The position numbers and the translations under genes are program-made. The notes beneath the pieces are model-generated. The model ran no database searches. It was not told where the DNA came from and saw nothing but the letters and a program-made list of their open reading frames with translations. From Promethearchaeati archaeon (GTDB lineage Archaea > Asgardarchaeota > Heimdallarchaeia > JABLTI01), in the NCBI GenBank assembly GCA_013166835.1, contig JABLTI010000051.1:1-17752 (forward strand): a stretch of DNA of 17,752 nt. The letters run 5' to 3'. Positions within the stretch are counted from its first letter, which is position 1. Each line of letters starts with the position of its first letter. Of this stretch, positions 16,685 to 17,752 are shown one piece after another.

Positions 16685-17752
16685 ATGCATTATAGGATTC
16701 TAGGAAAAACAGGCTTGAAAGTATCAATACTAGGATTTGGTTGTATGAGATTACCAATAAAAGATATTGGTAAAGCAAAAGTGGATGAAGAAGAAGCTAT
16801 AAGATTAATAAGAATGGGAATTGATGGGGGAATAAATTATGTTGATTCGGCATATAGATATCATAAATCAAGAAGCGAGATTATTCTAGGAAAAGCATTG
16901 AAGGATGGATATCGAGAAAAAGTTATTCTTGAAACAAAATTGTACACTCCAAAACTAAAGGTAGCTGAAGATTTCGATAAATTACTGGATGAGCAACTAA
17001 AAAAACTAGATGTTGATTGTATTGATATCTATCTTGTTCATAGTTTAAGTTTTAAAAGGTATGAAGATATAATTGTTAAATTAAACATTCTCGAAAAAGC
17101 ACGAGAGGCAAAAAAACTAGGCAAAATCAAGCATTTTGGTTTTTCTTCACATGACGAACCTGAAAATATTCGAAAATTAATAGACACGAATCATTTTGAA
17201 GTAATGCTAGTTCAGTTCAATTTTCTTCACAGGGATAATGAAGAAGTAATAAAATATGCAGCAGAAAAAGGGATGGGTGTGGTTCTAATGGGACCAAATG
17301 CTGGTGGAAGACTTGGTGTAGAGCCACCTGAAAGAATGAGAGAACTGCTAACGCCTACAAGAAAGAACTTCATCGATCTGGGATTAAAATACGTTTGGAG
17401 TAATCCAGGAGTTACGGTGGCATTATCTGGCATGAGCTCAGAAGAAATGGTTAATGATAATCTTGAATTAGCTTCACAAAAAGATATTCTACTGTCTGCA
17501 GAAGAACGCATAAGAGTCGATAAAATAACTCTCGGATATAAGGAAATTACTGAAATAAATTGTACACAGTGCGGGTATTGTGAACCTTGCGATCAGGGAG
17601 TGAATATCAGGCTCATTCTTGAACTGCTAATGATATCTGTTGGGCGTGCTGGTGATTGGGAAGATGCAAAAAACAAATACAAATTAATAGGTAAGCACAA
17701 AAAATTCCCAGGTAAACAAGCTGATGCATGTATAGAATGCCAAGATTGTGAA
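16685..17752 (+). CDS. Aldo/keto reductase with a C-terminal Fe-S-binding domain (partial, runs off the window)
   Basis: MHYRILGKTGLKVSILGFGCMRLP, GINYVDSAYRYH, GKIKHFGFSSH, CTQCGYCEPC and CIECQDCE. Not in the ORF track because it has no stop in the window. Confidence 0.93.
   Translation, partial: MHYRILGKTGLKVSILGFGCMRLPIKDIGKAKVDEEEAIRLIRMGIDGGINYVDSAYRYHKSRSEIILGKALKDGYREKVILETKLYTPKLKVAEDFDKLLDEQLKKLDVDCIDIYLVHSLSFKRYEDIIVKLNILEKAREAKKLGKIKHFGFSSHDEPENIRKLIDTNHFEVMLVQFNFLHRDNEEVIKYAAEKGMGVVLMGPNAGGRLGVEPPERMRELLTPTRKNFIDLGLKYVWSNPGVTVALSGMSSEEMVNDNLELASQKDILLSAEERIRVDKITLGYKEITEINCTQCGYCEPCDQGVNIRLILELLMISVGRAGDWEDAKNKYKLIGKHKKFPGKQADACIECQDCE

Noticed and set aside
354-17511. Short ORF-track entries overlapping longer genes (354-569, 1881-2078, 2661-2891, 3173-3358, 3759-4082, 4822-5007, 7839-8198, 8051-8269, 9378-9629, 10435-10719, 10974-11171, 13225-13449, 13340-13699, 16560-16778, 17227-17511)
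   Set aside because: Antisense shadows of well-supported CDSs with no recognisable motifs.

Overview
AT-rich prokaryotic window, probably archaeal and Asgard/Heimdallarchaeia-like (inferred from Thr-rich/TM/basic-tail surface proteins, a PGF-like sorting motif and TTG starts with GAGG-type RBSs). It holds 14 complete and 2 partial CDSs with unrelated functions and mixed orientation: SDR, DOMON/CBM9-like surface protein, DUF6144-like, LVIVD-repeat protein, saccharopine dehydrogenase-like, an unknown two-gene pair, DUF3795, a membrane coiled-coil protein, GT1 glycosyltransferase, MFS, HicBA, a SagB-type nitroreductase/cytochrome b fusion and an aldo/keto reductase. The main signal is non-coding. 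Fourteen co-oriented copies of a structured repeat of up to ~107 bp (core TTGATGCTCAGGACTCACACTTCTTCTTT) occupy all 13 junctions between transcription units and are absent from the two junctions inside gene pairs. The copies share their left part, end at variable points on the right, and three are fused into gene 3' ends. This looks like an integron-like gene-cassette array built on a non-attC site. No recombinase or transposase is present in the window, so the mechanism is inference. All protein calls are from motif recognition by eye.
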